Made by a program: the position numbers and the translations under genes. A stretch of DNA of 64,000 nucleotides from Octopus sinensis (Eukaryota): assembly GCF_006345805.1 (NCBI RefSeq), contig NC_043021.1:11718001-11782000 (forward strand), written 5' to 3'. Every line of letters starts with the position of its first letter. The first letter of the stretch is position 1. Below, piece after piece: positions 38,801 through 51,500 of this stretch. Under the pieces are notes generated by a model. It saw nothing but the letters and a program-made list of their open reading frames with translations, had not been told where the DNA came from and ran no database searches.

Positions 38801-41800
38801 ATAAGTACTAGGTTTACAAAGAATAAGTCCCGGGGTCGAGTTGCTCGACTAAAGGCGATGCTCCAGCATGGCCGCAGTCAAATGACTGAAACAAGTAAAA
38901 GAAAGAAAAAGAAAATAATAATCTCTCACCCTCATATTTAGCAATTCCTGGATCCAATTCTCAAACCGTTTGTTGTCCATCAAAACATAGTCTCGTACAT
39001 GTTTGGGCAGTAGTTCTTCACTGACTTTCTCAGACTCTGAGCTATTGGCTGATGGAAGAAGAAACAGAAAACAAAAAGAGTGAGTGTATTTGTGCTTAGA
39101 GTGGAGATATTTTGAAAGGAAATTAAATTAAAAAAAAGTTATATAAATAATGTTGCATGAAGCAGCCAGCCTCGCCTGGCCCCCGTGCCGGTGACACGTA
39201 AAACCACCATCCGATCGTGGCCGTTGCCAGCCTCGCCTGGCCCCCGTGCTGGTGGCACGTTAAAAGCACCATCCGACCGTGGCTGTTTGCCAGCCCTGTC
39301 TGGTACCTGTGCCACGTAAAAAGCACCCACTACACTCACGGAGTGGTTGGCGTTAGGAAGAGCATCCAGCCGTAGAAACATTGCCAGATCAGACTGGGCC
39401 TGGTGCAGCCTTCTGGCCTCACAGACCCCAATTGAACCGTCCAACCCATGCTAGCATGGAAAGCGGACGCTAAATGATGATGATGATGATGAAGCAGTGT
39501 TGATTCATGTAAAACCATATTTAACACATTTGAGTGCATCTGGACATGCTGCTGTTAAAAGAGTCTTGGGGAGGAATTCTTCTCCAAGACTGATGTGCCA
39601 GTAACATCATTCACAACCCATTATGTGATTTCATATAAACATATCTATGAAGCAGGGATGGATTAAGACCCATATATATGTAATTCAAAGGCACGTAAAA
39701 AGCACCATTTGAGTGTGATCATTACCAGCGTCACCTTACTGGCACTTGTGCTAGTGGTATGTGAAAAACAACATTCGAGCGAGGGCGTTGCCAGTGCCGC
39801 TGGACTGGCTCTTGTGCAGGTGGCACGTAAAAACACCATCTGAGTGTGGCCACTGCCAGTACCGCCTGACTGGCCCTCGTGCTGGTGGCACATAAAAGCA
39901 CCCACTACACTCTCAGAGTGGTTGGTGTTAGGAAGGGCATCCAGCTGTAGAAACTCTGCCAGATCAGATTGGAGCCTGGTGCAGCCATCTGGTTCGCCAG
40001 TCCTCAGTCGAATCGATGTTAAGTAATGATGATGTATGCTACATATTTGGGTCTTCAGCACCTCCATACCTTACAGACTCAGGACACCAACAGCTAAAAG
40101 CCCCATAGCCTCAGATCAGTAGCAGTTCTGTTATCCCATAGATACAGATCACTGACAGCCTAACACCCTGATTCAGTTCTCACGTGACAACTTGCTGGGG
40201 CTGCCTGCTGGAGCCTAGCAGCAGGTATTTAAGGGAAAAAATTTGACAAGACAGTCAGTCGCCTGCTGACAGTCATTGACTCGTTGAGGCCAGAGAACAG
40301 AAGAAAGAAGACATGCACCCAACACCAGAGCTGAAGACACCTCAGGGAGGGCCTCGCCACATCAAAACAGTAGAGGAGTAGGGGCCAAAACTGGACGTGG
40401 TTCCTCCTGATGATGTCTTGAGCTAACTGGATCCTATAAAGGAGCTGTTGTGGTAGCAGACCACGAAACACGGTTGAAATTCCACTGACAGCCTAACACC
40501 TTAATTCAGTTCTCTGAGAGCTCCATTACGGCTACAGCAAAAGAGAAGTGAATCAAAATAAGGAAAGCAAGAATGATCTCTACCTGTCTTGTCTTCAGAC
40601 AACCGTTTTATATACACCAACATATAAGCATTCCGAGACGAGTGGTAGCCCTTGGTTAATCGTGGAGCTTTAGATTTATTGGTGGAACTGCTACTTTCTG
40701 GAACAGAAAAAAGAAAATATATAAGTGTGTGTGTGTGTGTGAGATCATCATTGTCATCGTATTCAATGCACCATATAAGAGTCACTGTGTTTTTGATAGT
40801 GCACATATATGTGTGTGTGAGAGAAAGATACAGAGAGAGAGAGAGAGAGAAAGAGAAAGTCTGTGTGTGTGTGAAAGAACGATGTGTTTGAATGAGAAAA
40901 AAAGAATCTGAGAGAGAGAGAGAGAGAGAGACTGTGTGTGTGAAAGAATGATGTGTTTGAATGAGAAAAAAAGAATTTGAGAGAGAGAGTGTGTGTGTGT
41001 GAAAAAAGTATGTCTATATGAGTAAAGAGAGTGAGAGAGAGTTCGTCTGAAAGAAGAGAATGCATATGTGAGAGAGAGTGAGTGTGTGTGTGTGTGTGTG
41101 AAATAGGAAAATGTGATTGGAAAAAGAGAACGTGTGTGTGTGTGTTAAAAAGAGAGTGTGTGTGTTAAAAAAGAGAGAGAGAGAATGTGTGTGTGTGTGT
41201 ACGTGTGTAAAGAGACAGTGTATGTGTAAAATTATAGAATGCATATCTGAAAGGAAATGTGTGTGTGTGTTTGTGTGTCTGTGTGTGTCTGTGTGTGTGT
41301 AGAAAAAGAGAAAGAGAGGAGATGAGTCTCTGAAGATGTGCAGGAATTGAGGAAGATGACCAACATTCGCTTACCTTGGATGTGAACCTCCTCCTCATTG
41401 CCAAGATGAAGGTTCCGGCCTTGCATACGCTCCGTCTCTTCATCATTGAATTTATACCAAGCCTGGCTTGTCCGGTCCTTGATGTGAGCAATATAGTGGC
41501 CACTATAGGCACTGATGCCACGGTGAATGAGTACGGCACTTAAATCATACACAACAGGCTTCGACCCATCTGCCCCTAAACATGACAGGACACAACAGAA
41601 GGGATTGGAATTAGAAAAGAATTCAAGAAAAAGAAATGAAAAAAAAAATAAAATAACAGATGCAGGCATGGTTGTGTGGTTAAGAAGTTCGCTTTGCAAC
41701 CACGTGGTTTCAGGTTCAGTCCCACCGTGCAGCACCTCAGGCAATTTTAAACATCAAACGACAAGGAGGGGTCATCTGAGTGAAATAGGGAGGAAAACAG

Positions 41801-44650
41801 ACAGCGAAGCCTGGTGCAGTCTTCTGCTGAGGAAAGAAGTACTGAAGGCCAATCTCTAAACACTGAACCTTATGAAGGTAATGACAGAGGTACTTGAGAA
41901 AACCTGCCCACCACAACAGAACAGAGATCCTAAAACCAAGGTGTCACATAAAAAGCATTGATGTGCAGTCTGGTGACATGTAAAAAAGCACCCAGTATAG
42001 TCTGTAAGGAAGGGCCCATTAGGAAGGGCATCTAGCTGTTGAAACCAAGCCAGGTGTAGCCCCCAGCCTTGCCAATTCCTGTCAAGCCGTCCAACCCATG
42101 CCAGCATGGAAAATGTTGATGATGACGATGATAGCTAAGTATAAGGTGGAAAACTGACAGAATTGTTAGGGCCTTAGACAAAAATGCTTAGCAGTATTTC
42201 TTCCAACTGTTTATATTCTGAGTTGAAATTTCGTCAAGGTCATTTTTTGCCTTCCTTCCATTCATCCATCTCCTTAGGGGTTGATATAATAAAGAACCAA
42301 TCAAGTATGGGGAGCGGGGGTCAATGTAATCAATCAACTTGTCTTCTCCCCTTGAAAATTTGCTGGCCTTCAACCCTACAACAGATTGATATCCTGTTTA
42401 GTGGGGAATGTTGTGGCCTTGGTCACTTACACACTAAGGAGATCAGATTAACTGGCCTTATGAGTACTAAGGCTCTGGAGAAAAAAAAATAGTATGGTAC
42501 AGTGTGGCATGGTATGGTGTACAATTGCTGTGATGTAGCATGATAAATAGTGTGTACCATACAGTGTGATATATATATATATATATAAAGTAAAACAACT
42601 TGCTGTGATGTAGTATACAGAGGAATAGCCTGCTTAATGGGGTGTAATGTAATATGACCAGCACTGATGTTCTGTGGTGTTTAGAATAGTACAGTACAGT
42701 ACAGTCATCATCATCATCATCATCGTTTAACGTCCACTTTCCATACTGGCATGGGTTGGACAATTTGACTGAGGACTGGCGAACCAGATGGCTGCACCAG
42801 GCTCCAATCTGATCTGGCAGAGTTTCTACAGCTGGATGCCCTTCCTAACGCCAACCACTCCGAGAGTGTAGTGGGTGCTTTTATATGCCACCGGCACGAG
42901 GGCCAGTCAGGCGGTACTGGCAACAGCCAAGCTCAAATGGTGTTTTTTTACGTACTACTGCACAGGAGCCAGTCCAGCAGCACTGGCAATGACCTTGCTC
43001 GAATGTTTTTTCACGAGCCACCGGTACCAGTGCCAGTAAGGTGCTGCTGGTAACGATCATGCTCGAATGGTGTTTTTTACGTGCCACAGTAACAGAAGCC
43101 AGTTAGCTGCTCTGGCAACGATCATGTTCGGATGGTGCTCTTAGCGCTCCACTAGCACAGATGCCAGTCATCGAATTTGATTTCAATTTCACTTGCCTCA
43201 ACAGGTCTTCGCAAGCAGAGTTAAGAGTCCAGTGAAGGAAAGGTATGCATACTGTATGACATGGCCTGTTGTTATACATAGGAGCGATCTTGTTGACTGT
43301 GTGCCCTCCTCCCCAATGGTTCGAAGGCTTGTACCACCAGACAGCTTGTCGGCTCTGGCTGCTGGAACTGAAATAACATGACGCTGTTGGAAGGTAGGTA
43401 TAGAGAGAGCGCAGGCCAGTGGTCAGTTGAAGCTTAGATAGTGTCATATGGCAGTTAGCGGATGCTGGCTGCTGGAGCCTACCAGCGACTATTTAAAGGG
43501 AAATTTGACACGATGGTCAGTCACCTGCTGACATTTGTTGACGCTGCAACGAAGAAACCAAAGAACAAAGGAGGAAGAAAAAAACGCACTCAACACGAGA
43601 GCTGAAGACACTTCCGTGAGGCAGAGCTCTGCCATGTCAAAAACAGTAGAGGAGTAGGGGCTGAAACTAGACATGGCTCTTCCTGATGTTGTCTTTAGCC
43701 ATTGGATCTTATAAAGAAGCTGTTGAGGTAGCGAACCATGAAACATGGTTGGAATTCCTCCTTTTGTTGTACGTGTTGTAGTGTCATTCGGTGTGATGTA
43801 ATGCAGGTGTATGGCTTAGTGATTAAAGGTATTCAGTTTACGATTGTAAAGTCATGGGTTCAATTCCTGACTGCACGTTGTGTTCTTGAGCAAGACACTT
43901 TATTTCATATTGCTCCAGTCCAATCAACTGGCAAAAATGAGTGGTACCTGCAACTCAAAGGGACAGCCCTGTCACGCTCTGTGTCACACTGAGTCTCACT
44001 GAGAACCACGTTAATGGTATGTGTCTGTGGAATACTCAGCCACTCACACATTAATTTCACAAACAGGCTGTTCTGTCGATTGGATCAACTGGAACTCCCA
44101 TTATTGTAATTGACGGAGTGACAATGAATTGTATAAAGTGCGGTGTAGTATGACACTACACTGTACTACAGTGAAGGTTTGGGACAGCAAAGTAAAAGAA
44201 TGAACCAAGGAAGATATTAACCTTACCGGAATCTTTCAAATATTCCGTCATATCAAGCACCTCTGGGAACTGGATGTAGTTATTTAGCTTCTTCTTCTGA
44301 CCATTTTGTCTGCAAAATACAAAAACACAAACAAATTCAGATTTTTTCTGCTTGGATGGATGAAGCAGCAGAATTTCCGTCGGATGAAAATAAAGTCTTT
44401 TATATTGTTTCAAAAGAAAAACAAGTTCCTGAAAATTACAGCATGGCACACAACAATTTGGTGCTCTACCCACTCAGCTACTATAGACCTCATATACTCT
44501 TTTACTTGTTTCATTCATTTGACTGCGGCCATGCTGGAGCATCGCCTTTAATCGAGCAACTCGACCCCGGGACTTATTCTTTTCTATAGCCTCAGGCCGA
44601 CCAAAGCCTTGTGAGTGGATTTAGTAGACGGAAACTGAAAGAAGCCTGTC

Positions 44651-44718
<68 letters not shown>

Positions 44719-45215
44719 ATATGTTTGTGTGTCTGTGTTTGTCCCCCCAACATCGCTTGACAACCGATGCTGGTGTGTTTACATCCCCGTAACTTAGCGG
44801 TTCGGCAAAAGTGACCGATAGAATAAGTACTAGGCTTACAAAGAATAAGTCCCGGGGTCGATTTGCTCGACTACAGGCGGTGCTCCAGCATGGCCAAAGT
44901 CAAATGACAGAAACAAATAAAAGAGTAAAAGAGAGTAAGAGTATACCTGATGTAGGGGGTTTCAGATGAATTCAAGGAAATGGTAGCTATGTGGTGGGGG
45001 CACTGGTACTTGATACATAGTATTTTTGTGGAAAAAAAAAACCCCATGCAGGAGGCGCAGGAGTGGCTGTGTGGTAAGTAGCTTGCTTACCAACCACATG
45101 GTTCCGGGTTCAGTCCCACTGCGTGGCATCTTGGGCAAGTGTCTTCTGCTATAGCCCCGGGCTGACCAATGCCTTGTCAGTGGATTTGGTAGATGGAAAC
45201 TGAAAGAAGCCTGTC

Positions 45216-45254
<39 letters not shown>

Positions 45255-45544
45255 AAATATTGAATTTCTAAATCTCTCGTAGAGACATGTACGGTGGTGG
45301 GTCGATAGAATGGTTGTATACTGTCAATCTAACAAGAACGTGACAGTAGGGGGTACACCACCGCTGTATAGCCCTAGGAAGCATCGAACGCCTCCTGATG
45401 GCTTTGACACATTTTTTCCCTATATAAGGACACAGGGAAAAATGTGTCAAAGCCATCAGGAGGCGTTCGAAGCTTCCTAGGGCTATACAGCGGTGGTGTA
45501 CCCCCTACTGTCACGTTCTTGTTAGATTGACAGTATACAACCAT

Positions 45545-45577
<33 letters not shown>

Positions 45578-48500
45578 TGCTTGACAACCGATGCTGGTGT
45601 GTTTACGTCCCCGTCACTAAGCGGTTCGGCAAAAGAGACCGATAGAATAAGTACTGGGCTTACAAAAGAATAAGTCCCGGGGGTCGATTTGCTCGACTAA
45701 AGGCGGTGCTCCAGCATGGCCGCAGTCAAATATGACTGAAACAAGTAAAAGAGTAAAGAGAGAGAGAGTATGCAGGAAAAACTAAAAGGGATTACATACT
45801 TGTCGAAAACAAACCGAAGCAACTGTAGATTCAGAACTGGGGGTAACTTCTGCAGTTGGATGGTACGAATGGCATTCTGTTTGGTTTTGCAATGCGAACA
45901 CATGTATTTGTTATCACCCTCCAGTTTCTCTTCCTGCAACAACCAGAATTAATAAAAAAAAGAAAGCAACATTAACAGCAATAACAAGAAGGAGTCCACA
46001 AGGAAGTCTTTATGTGATCACACGAACTGCTAGAAACAGTAGCCAAATCTTCCTCAAACCATAATCTTATTGTCTTAACAAAAGCAACAGGAAATACATG
46101 CAGGAGTGGCTGTGTGGTAAGTAGCTTGCTAACCAACCACATGGTTCCGGGTTCAGTCCCACTGCGTGGCATCTTGGGCAAGTGTCTTCTGCTATAGCCC
46201 CGGGTCAACCAATGCCTTGTGAGTGGATTTGGTAGACGGAAACTGAAAGAAGCCTGTCGTATATATGTATATGTGTGTGTGTTTGTTCCCCTAGCATTGC
46301 TTGACAACCGATGCTGGTGTGTTTACGTCCCCGTCACTTAGCGGTTCGGCAAAAGAGACCGATAGAATAAGTACTGGGCTTACAAAGAATAAGTCCCGGG
46401 GTCGATTTGCTCGACTAAAGGCGGTGCTCCAGCATGGCCGCAGTCAAATGACTGAAACAAGTAAAGAGAGAGCAGTGTAAACATTGTGTGTGTGTGTGTC
46501 ACTGATATGGTGCTTTTTACATGTCACTGGCACAGGTGCCAATCACATGTCACTGGCACAGGTGCCTCTCACAGGCACTCGCCACAACTACAATTTCACT
46601 TAGCTTGACGTGCCTTCTCAAGCACAGTAAATCACCAAAAGTCTCAATCATTTGTCATCCCCTCTGTGAGACTCAACATCTGAAGATCACATTCCACCAC
46701 CTTGTCCCACGTCTTCCTGGGTCTACCTCTTCCACAGGTTCCCTCCACAGTTAGAGATTGGCACGTCAAGAGATATAAATTTATAAAGCAAGGGATATAA
46801 CAGAGATAACCCCAGAGCATAACTGGTACTTTAATTAAACCTGGAAGAAGATGAAAGGCAAAAAAAAAAACGAGTATTGACAGGTGTTTCTTTTGATGAT
46901 CCTCTATGAGTTACCGTAAATCCTCGAGTATAATCCGCATTTTTTCCCCAAAATTTAAAGGTCAAAATCCCTGGTACGTACTATATACAAGGTTAAAAAT
47001 GAAAATTATTTTCTAAGCAATGTCCGAGTCTCTATTTGCTGTCCGGCAATGTTTATTCAGACGCATTTTCTGATGTCAGGCGTGAAAATACCTTAAGCTA
47101 AGCCTGAAAGCAATGAAGTCATAAAAGAATCATCCATAACTTGCAGTAAGCAACATTTATTAAACGTTATTACTGTTATTTCTTTATTTTCTGCAAACAA
47201 AATGCACAAAAAAGCTACATGTTTGCATTATGTTATATATACAATAATAATAAAGGACGTTACCATATACATTTTTACAAACCAAGGACGTTATATAGAC
47301 CTCCTTGACTCAAGTTAGAGAAGGGATGCGTATTAAACACAAGGTTTAGGTTTTTCAGGGGTACAGCCCCCTAAAAATCCCCTGCATATTATACTCAAGA
47401 GCGGACTATACTCAAGGATTTACGGTATGTTTCTCCATGTGAGCCTTGTGAACAGGAGAAAAGAGGTGTGTATCTAACACAGTGACTAGGAAACAAAGTT
47501 CTAACATGTGGTGACTTCACAAGTCCAATATTGCAACTGCCCTACTCTTCATCAAAATGCAGACTTACGTGTAAAAACTCTGCCAAGCAATCGTGCAAGG
47601 TCTTGCTGCCACGGATGTTGAGGTCCAGCTCGTAGAACTTGGACGGCGTTTTAGACTTTCCGACACACTGGCTACAGCTGAAAGAGATGAGAAGCAGGGT
47701 GAGGTAGAGCAACAGATGCAGTGAGAGAGAGGAGGAGATGGAGGGAAGGAAGGAAAGATAGGGAAAGTGAAAGTGAGGGGAGGAGAGAGAGGGAAGGAAA
47801 GGTGAGGAGAGAGAGATTGGAGTAAGAGGGAAGGAGGGAGGATGGGAAAGGACAGAAAGACAAAGAAGATGATATTCCACCCACCATCATCACCACCACT
47901 ACTTTACCATACACACAGAGCTACTACCTCCACCACAGTACTATATAACACTACTATATTCATAATGGCCATGACCACCACCACTGATGTGCTATAGAAT
48001 TCTTTCTAATTTTGGCACAAGGCCAGTAATTTTGAAGGGGAGGAAGCAAGTGAATTACACTGACCCCATACTTGACTGCTACATTATTTTATGCCCTCCC
48101 CCCCACCACCACCACAGGTGAAAAGCAAAGTTAACCTCAATGGGATTTGAACAAAAAAAAAAATCTAAAGATGTCGGAACAAATACCAGTAAGCGTTTCT
48201 ATGCTAATGATTCTGCCAGTTCACCATCACCACCATCATCAACATCATTTGATGTCCATTTTCCATGCTGGTACGAGTTAGTCAGTTCGACTGGGGATGG
48301 TAACCCAGAGAGCGGCACCAGGTTCCAGTCTGGTTTGGCTTGGTTTGGTTTTCTACAGCTGAATGCCCTTCCTAATCAGGGCTGTGGAGTCAGAGTCGAG
48401 GAGTTGGCATCAGAAACAATTAAGGGGTAGCTGGAGTCGGAGTCAGTAAAACTATACCGACTCTGATTCCAACTTACAATATTTTTATTCGTGACGTACA

Positions 48501-51500
48501 TTTGCCATTTAAATATGGCTAACCCCTAAGGGTGGATGCTACTGTAGTTTGTAGCCCCAGGAGGACACCTCCTCCAGCTGGCTTTAGACACACTTTCTGT
48601 GCCCTATCAGTATTTCTGTAGTTTGTAGCCCCAGGAGGACACCTCCTCCAGCTGGCTTTAGACACACTTTCTGTGCCCTATCAGTATTTCTGTAGTTTGT
48701 AGCCCCAGGAGGACACCTCCTCCAGCTGGCTTTAGACACACTGATAGGGCACAGAAAGTGTGTCTAAAGCCAGCTGGAAGAGGTGTCCTCCTGGGGCTAC
48801 AAACTACAGAAATACTGATAGGGCACAGAAAGTGTGTCTAAAGCCAGCTGGAGGAGGTGTCCTCCTGGGGCTACAAACTACAGTAGCATCCACACTTAGG
48901 GGTTAGCCATATTTAAATGGCAAATATACGTCACAATGTGTTGCAGCTACTGTTTATAACTCACTCTAAGATTTAATATTTTTATTCTTTAATATTAACC
49001 AGTTATAACATATAGACCTACTCAAAGTACAAGCGTATGCATATGTTTTATGAGATGTGTAAACCACAATCACTTGTCTGTTTTTACAGCCCTTCCTAAC
49101 ACCAACCACTCCACAGAGCGGCACCAGCAAAGGCAAAATCAGTTTTATTGCAGTAATTTAATTTTTAGAATGATGCTGTAGGGTTGGTGTGAAAGATGAG
49201 ATCTGGCTAGTTAAACCCTTTAGCAGTGGTTTTCAACCAGGGTTCCGCCAGTACAGTCCAGGGGTTCCGCAAGAAGTTACAAAACTGCTAAAATCGGCAG
49301 TAATTTTTAAATCTCCTGTGCAGATGTGTGCATAAGACTATTAAATTATTGCACAGGGGTTCCTTGAGCTAGTGGAATGTTTCCTTGGGGTTCTGCTCCA
49401 GCAAAAAGGTTGAAAAGCACTGCTTTAGCATTTTGATTACCCTGTCAAATATAATGTTTATTTATTCACACTATTTTGAATTAATCCTTTATAATCATGT
49501 AACTTTGAGATTTAAATTATGTGATTGTTTGTTTTTAGAATGACATTGTCAGGTAGGTGTGAGATGCCAGATATGGCCAGTTAAACCCTTTAGCATTCAG
49601 ATTACTCTGTCAAATGTAATGCTTATTTATTCACATTGTTTCAAGTTAATCAAGCATTATTTCGTAGCTTCAAGATTTTGATGATATGACTGTCTGGCAC
49701 CTGTGCAGGTGGCACGTAAAAAACACCCACTACACTCACAGAGTGGTTGGCGTTAGGAAGGGCATCCAGCCGTAAAAACACTGCCAGATCTGACTGGGCT
49801 TGACGAAGCCTTCCAGCTTCACAGACCCCAGTTGAACCGTCCAACCCATGCTAGCATGGAAAGCAGACACTAAATGATGATGATGATGATGACTGTTTTA
49901 CTTTTAAAATGGTATTGTGGGGTAAGTGCAAGAAGCTGGATCTGGTCAGTTTGAACACAAAACAAATGGAATATTTAGGCCAAATATGGCCTGGCATGAA
50001 TGCTAAAGGGTCGAACATCAGACACATTGCTGTGAGAGATTTTTATCAAACTATCATATACACGCCATTGCAAGCTTTTGCTAAATAATCCCAAGCAATG
50101 CTACAAAGAGGTCTTTACTAAACCATCACATGCCTTATACTGACCGTCATCACTCCAAACCACAGTAATGCTACCCCCAACACCTATTTCTTTACTAACC
50201 ACAAAGGGCTAAACACAGAGAGGACAAACAAGGACAGACAAACAGATTAAGCCGATTATATCGACCCCAGTGCGTAACTGGTACTTATTTAATCGACCTG
50301 GAAATGGATGAAAGGCAAAGTCGACCTCGGCGGAATTTGAACTCAGAACGTAGCGGCAGACGAAATACCTATTTCTTTACTAACCACAAAGGGCTAAACA
50401 CAGAGAGGACAAACAAGGACAGACAAACGGATTAAGCCGATTATATCGACCCCAGTGCGTAACTGGTACTTATTTAATTGACCCCGAAAGGATGAAAGGC
50501 AAAGTCGACCTCAGCGGAATTTGAACTCAGAATGTAGCGGCAGACGAAATATGGCTACGCATTTCGCCCGGCATGCTAACGTTTCTGCCAGCTGGGTGGT
50601 GTTACATATTGCCTTGCTACCCACAACACCACCACACGGTAGGTAACTGACCAATAGAAAAGACTTACCAAGTGATGTAGGCATACTCTCCAGAGAACTG
50701 CTCTTCTATGACGTTCTTGATGTTGGGATTGTCACTCTGCATTAGTGTTTCCTCCAACAGAGACAGGAACAACTTGGAGAACTCTTGGGCATCCTGTACA
50801 GACACACAGACAGATAAGAAGAAATGGAATCAATGGGTAATGCACAACCTCAAAGTAGTTAATCATAGTCAAATAGAGACTGGTGGTGTTACATATTTAT
50901 TTTTTTATTGCCTACAGGAGCTAAATATAGAGGGGACAAACAAGGACAGACAAAGGAATTAATCAATTACATTATCCCCAGTACCTAACTGGTACTTATT
51001 TAATCAACCCCGAAAAGATGAAAGGCAAAGTCTACCTCAGCGCAATTTGAACTCAGAACGTAGCAGACGAAATACCTATTTCTTTACTACCCACAAAAAA
51101 AAAACACAGAGGACAAACAAGGACAGACAAATGGATTAAGTCGATTATATCGACCCCAGTGCGTAACTGGTACTTATTTAATCAACCCCAAAAAGATGAA
51201 AGGCAAAGTCTACCTCAGCGCAATTTGAACTCAGAACGTAGCGGCAGACGAAATACCTATTTCTTTACTACCCACAAAGGGCTAAACACAGAGGACAAAC
51301 AAGGACAGACAAATGGATTAAGTTGATTATATCGACCCCTGTACGTAACTGGTACTTATTTAATCGACCCCGAAAGGATGAAAGGCAAAGCCTACCTCAG
51401 CACAATTTGAACTCAGAATGTAGCGGCAGACAAAATACCGCGAAGCATTTCGCCCAGCGTGCTAACGTTTCTGCCAGCTCACCGCATTAGCAGACGAAAT

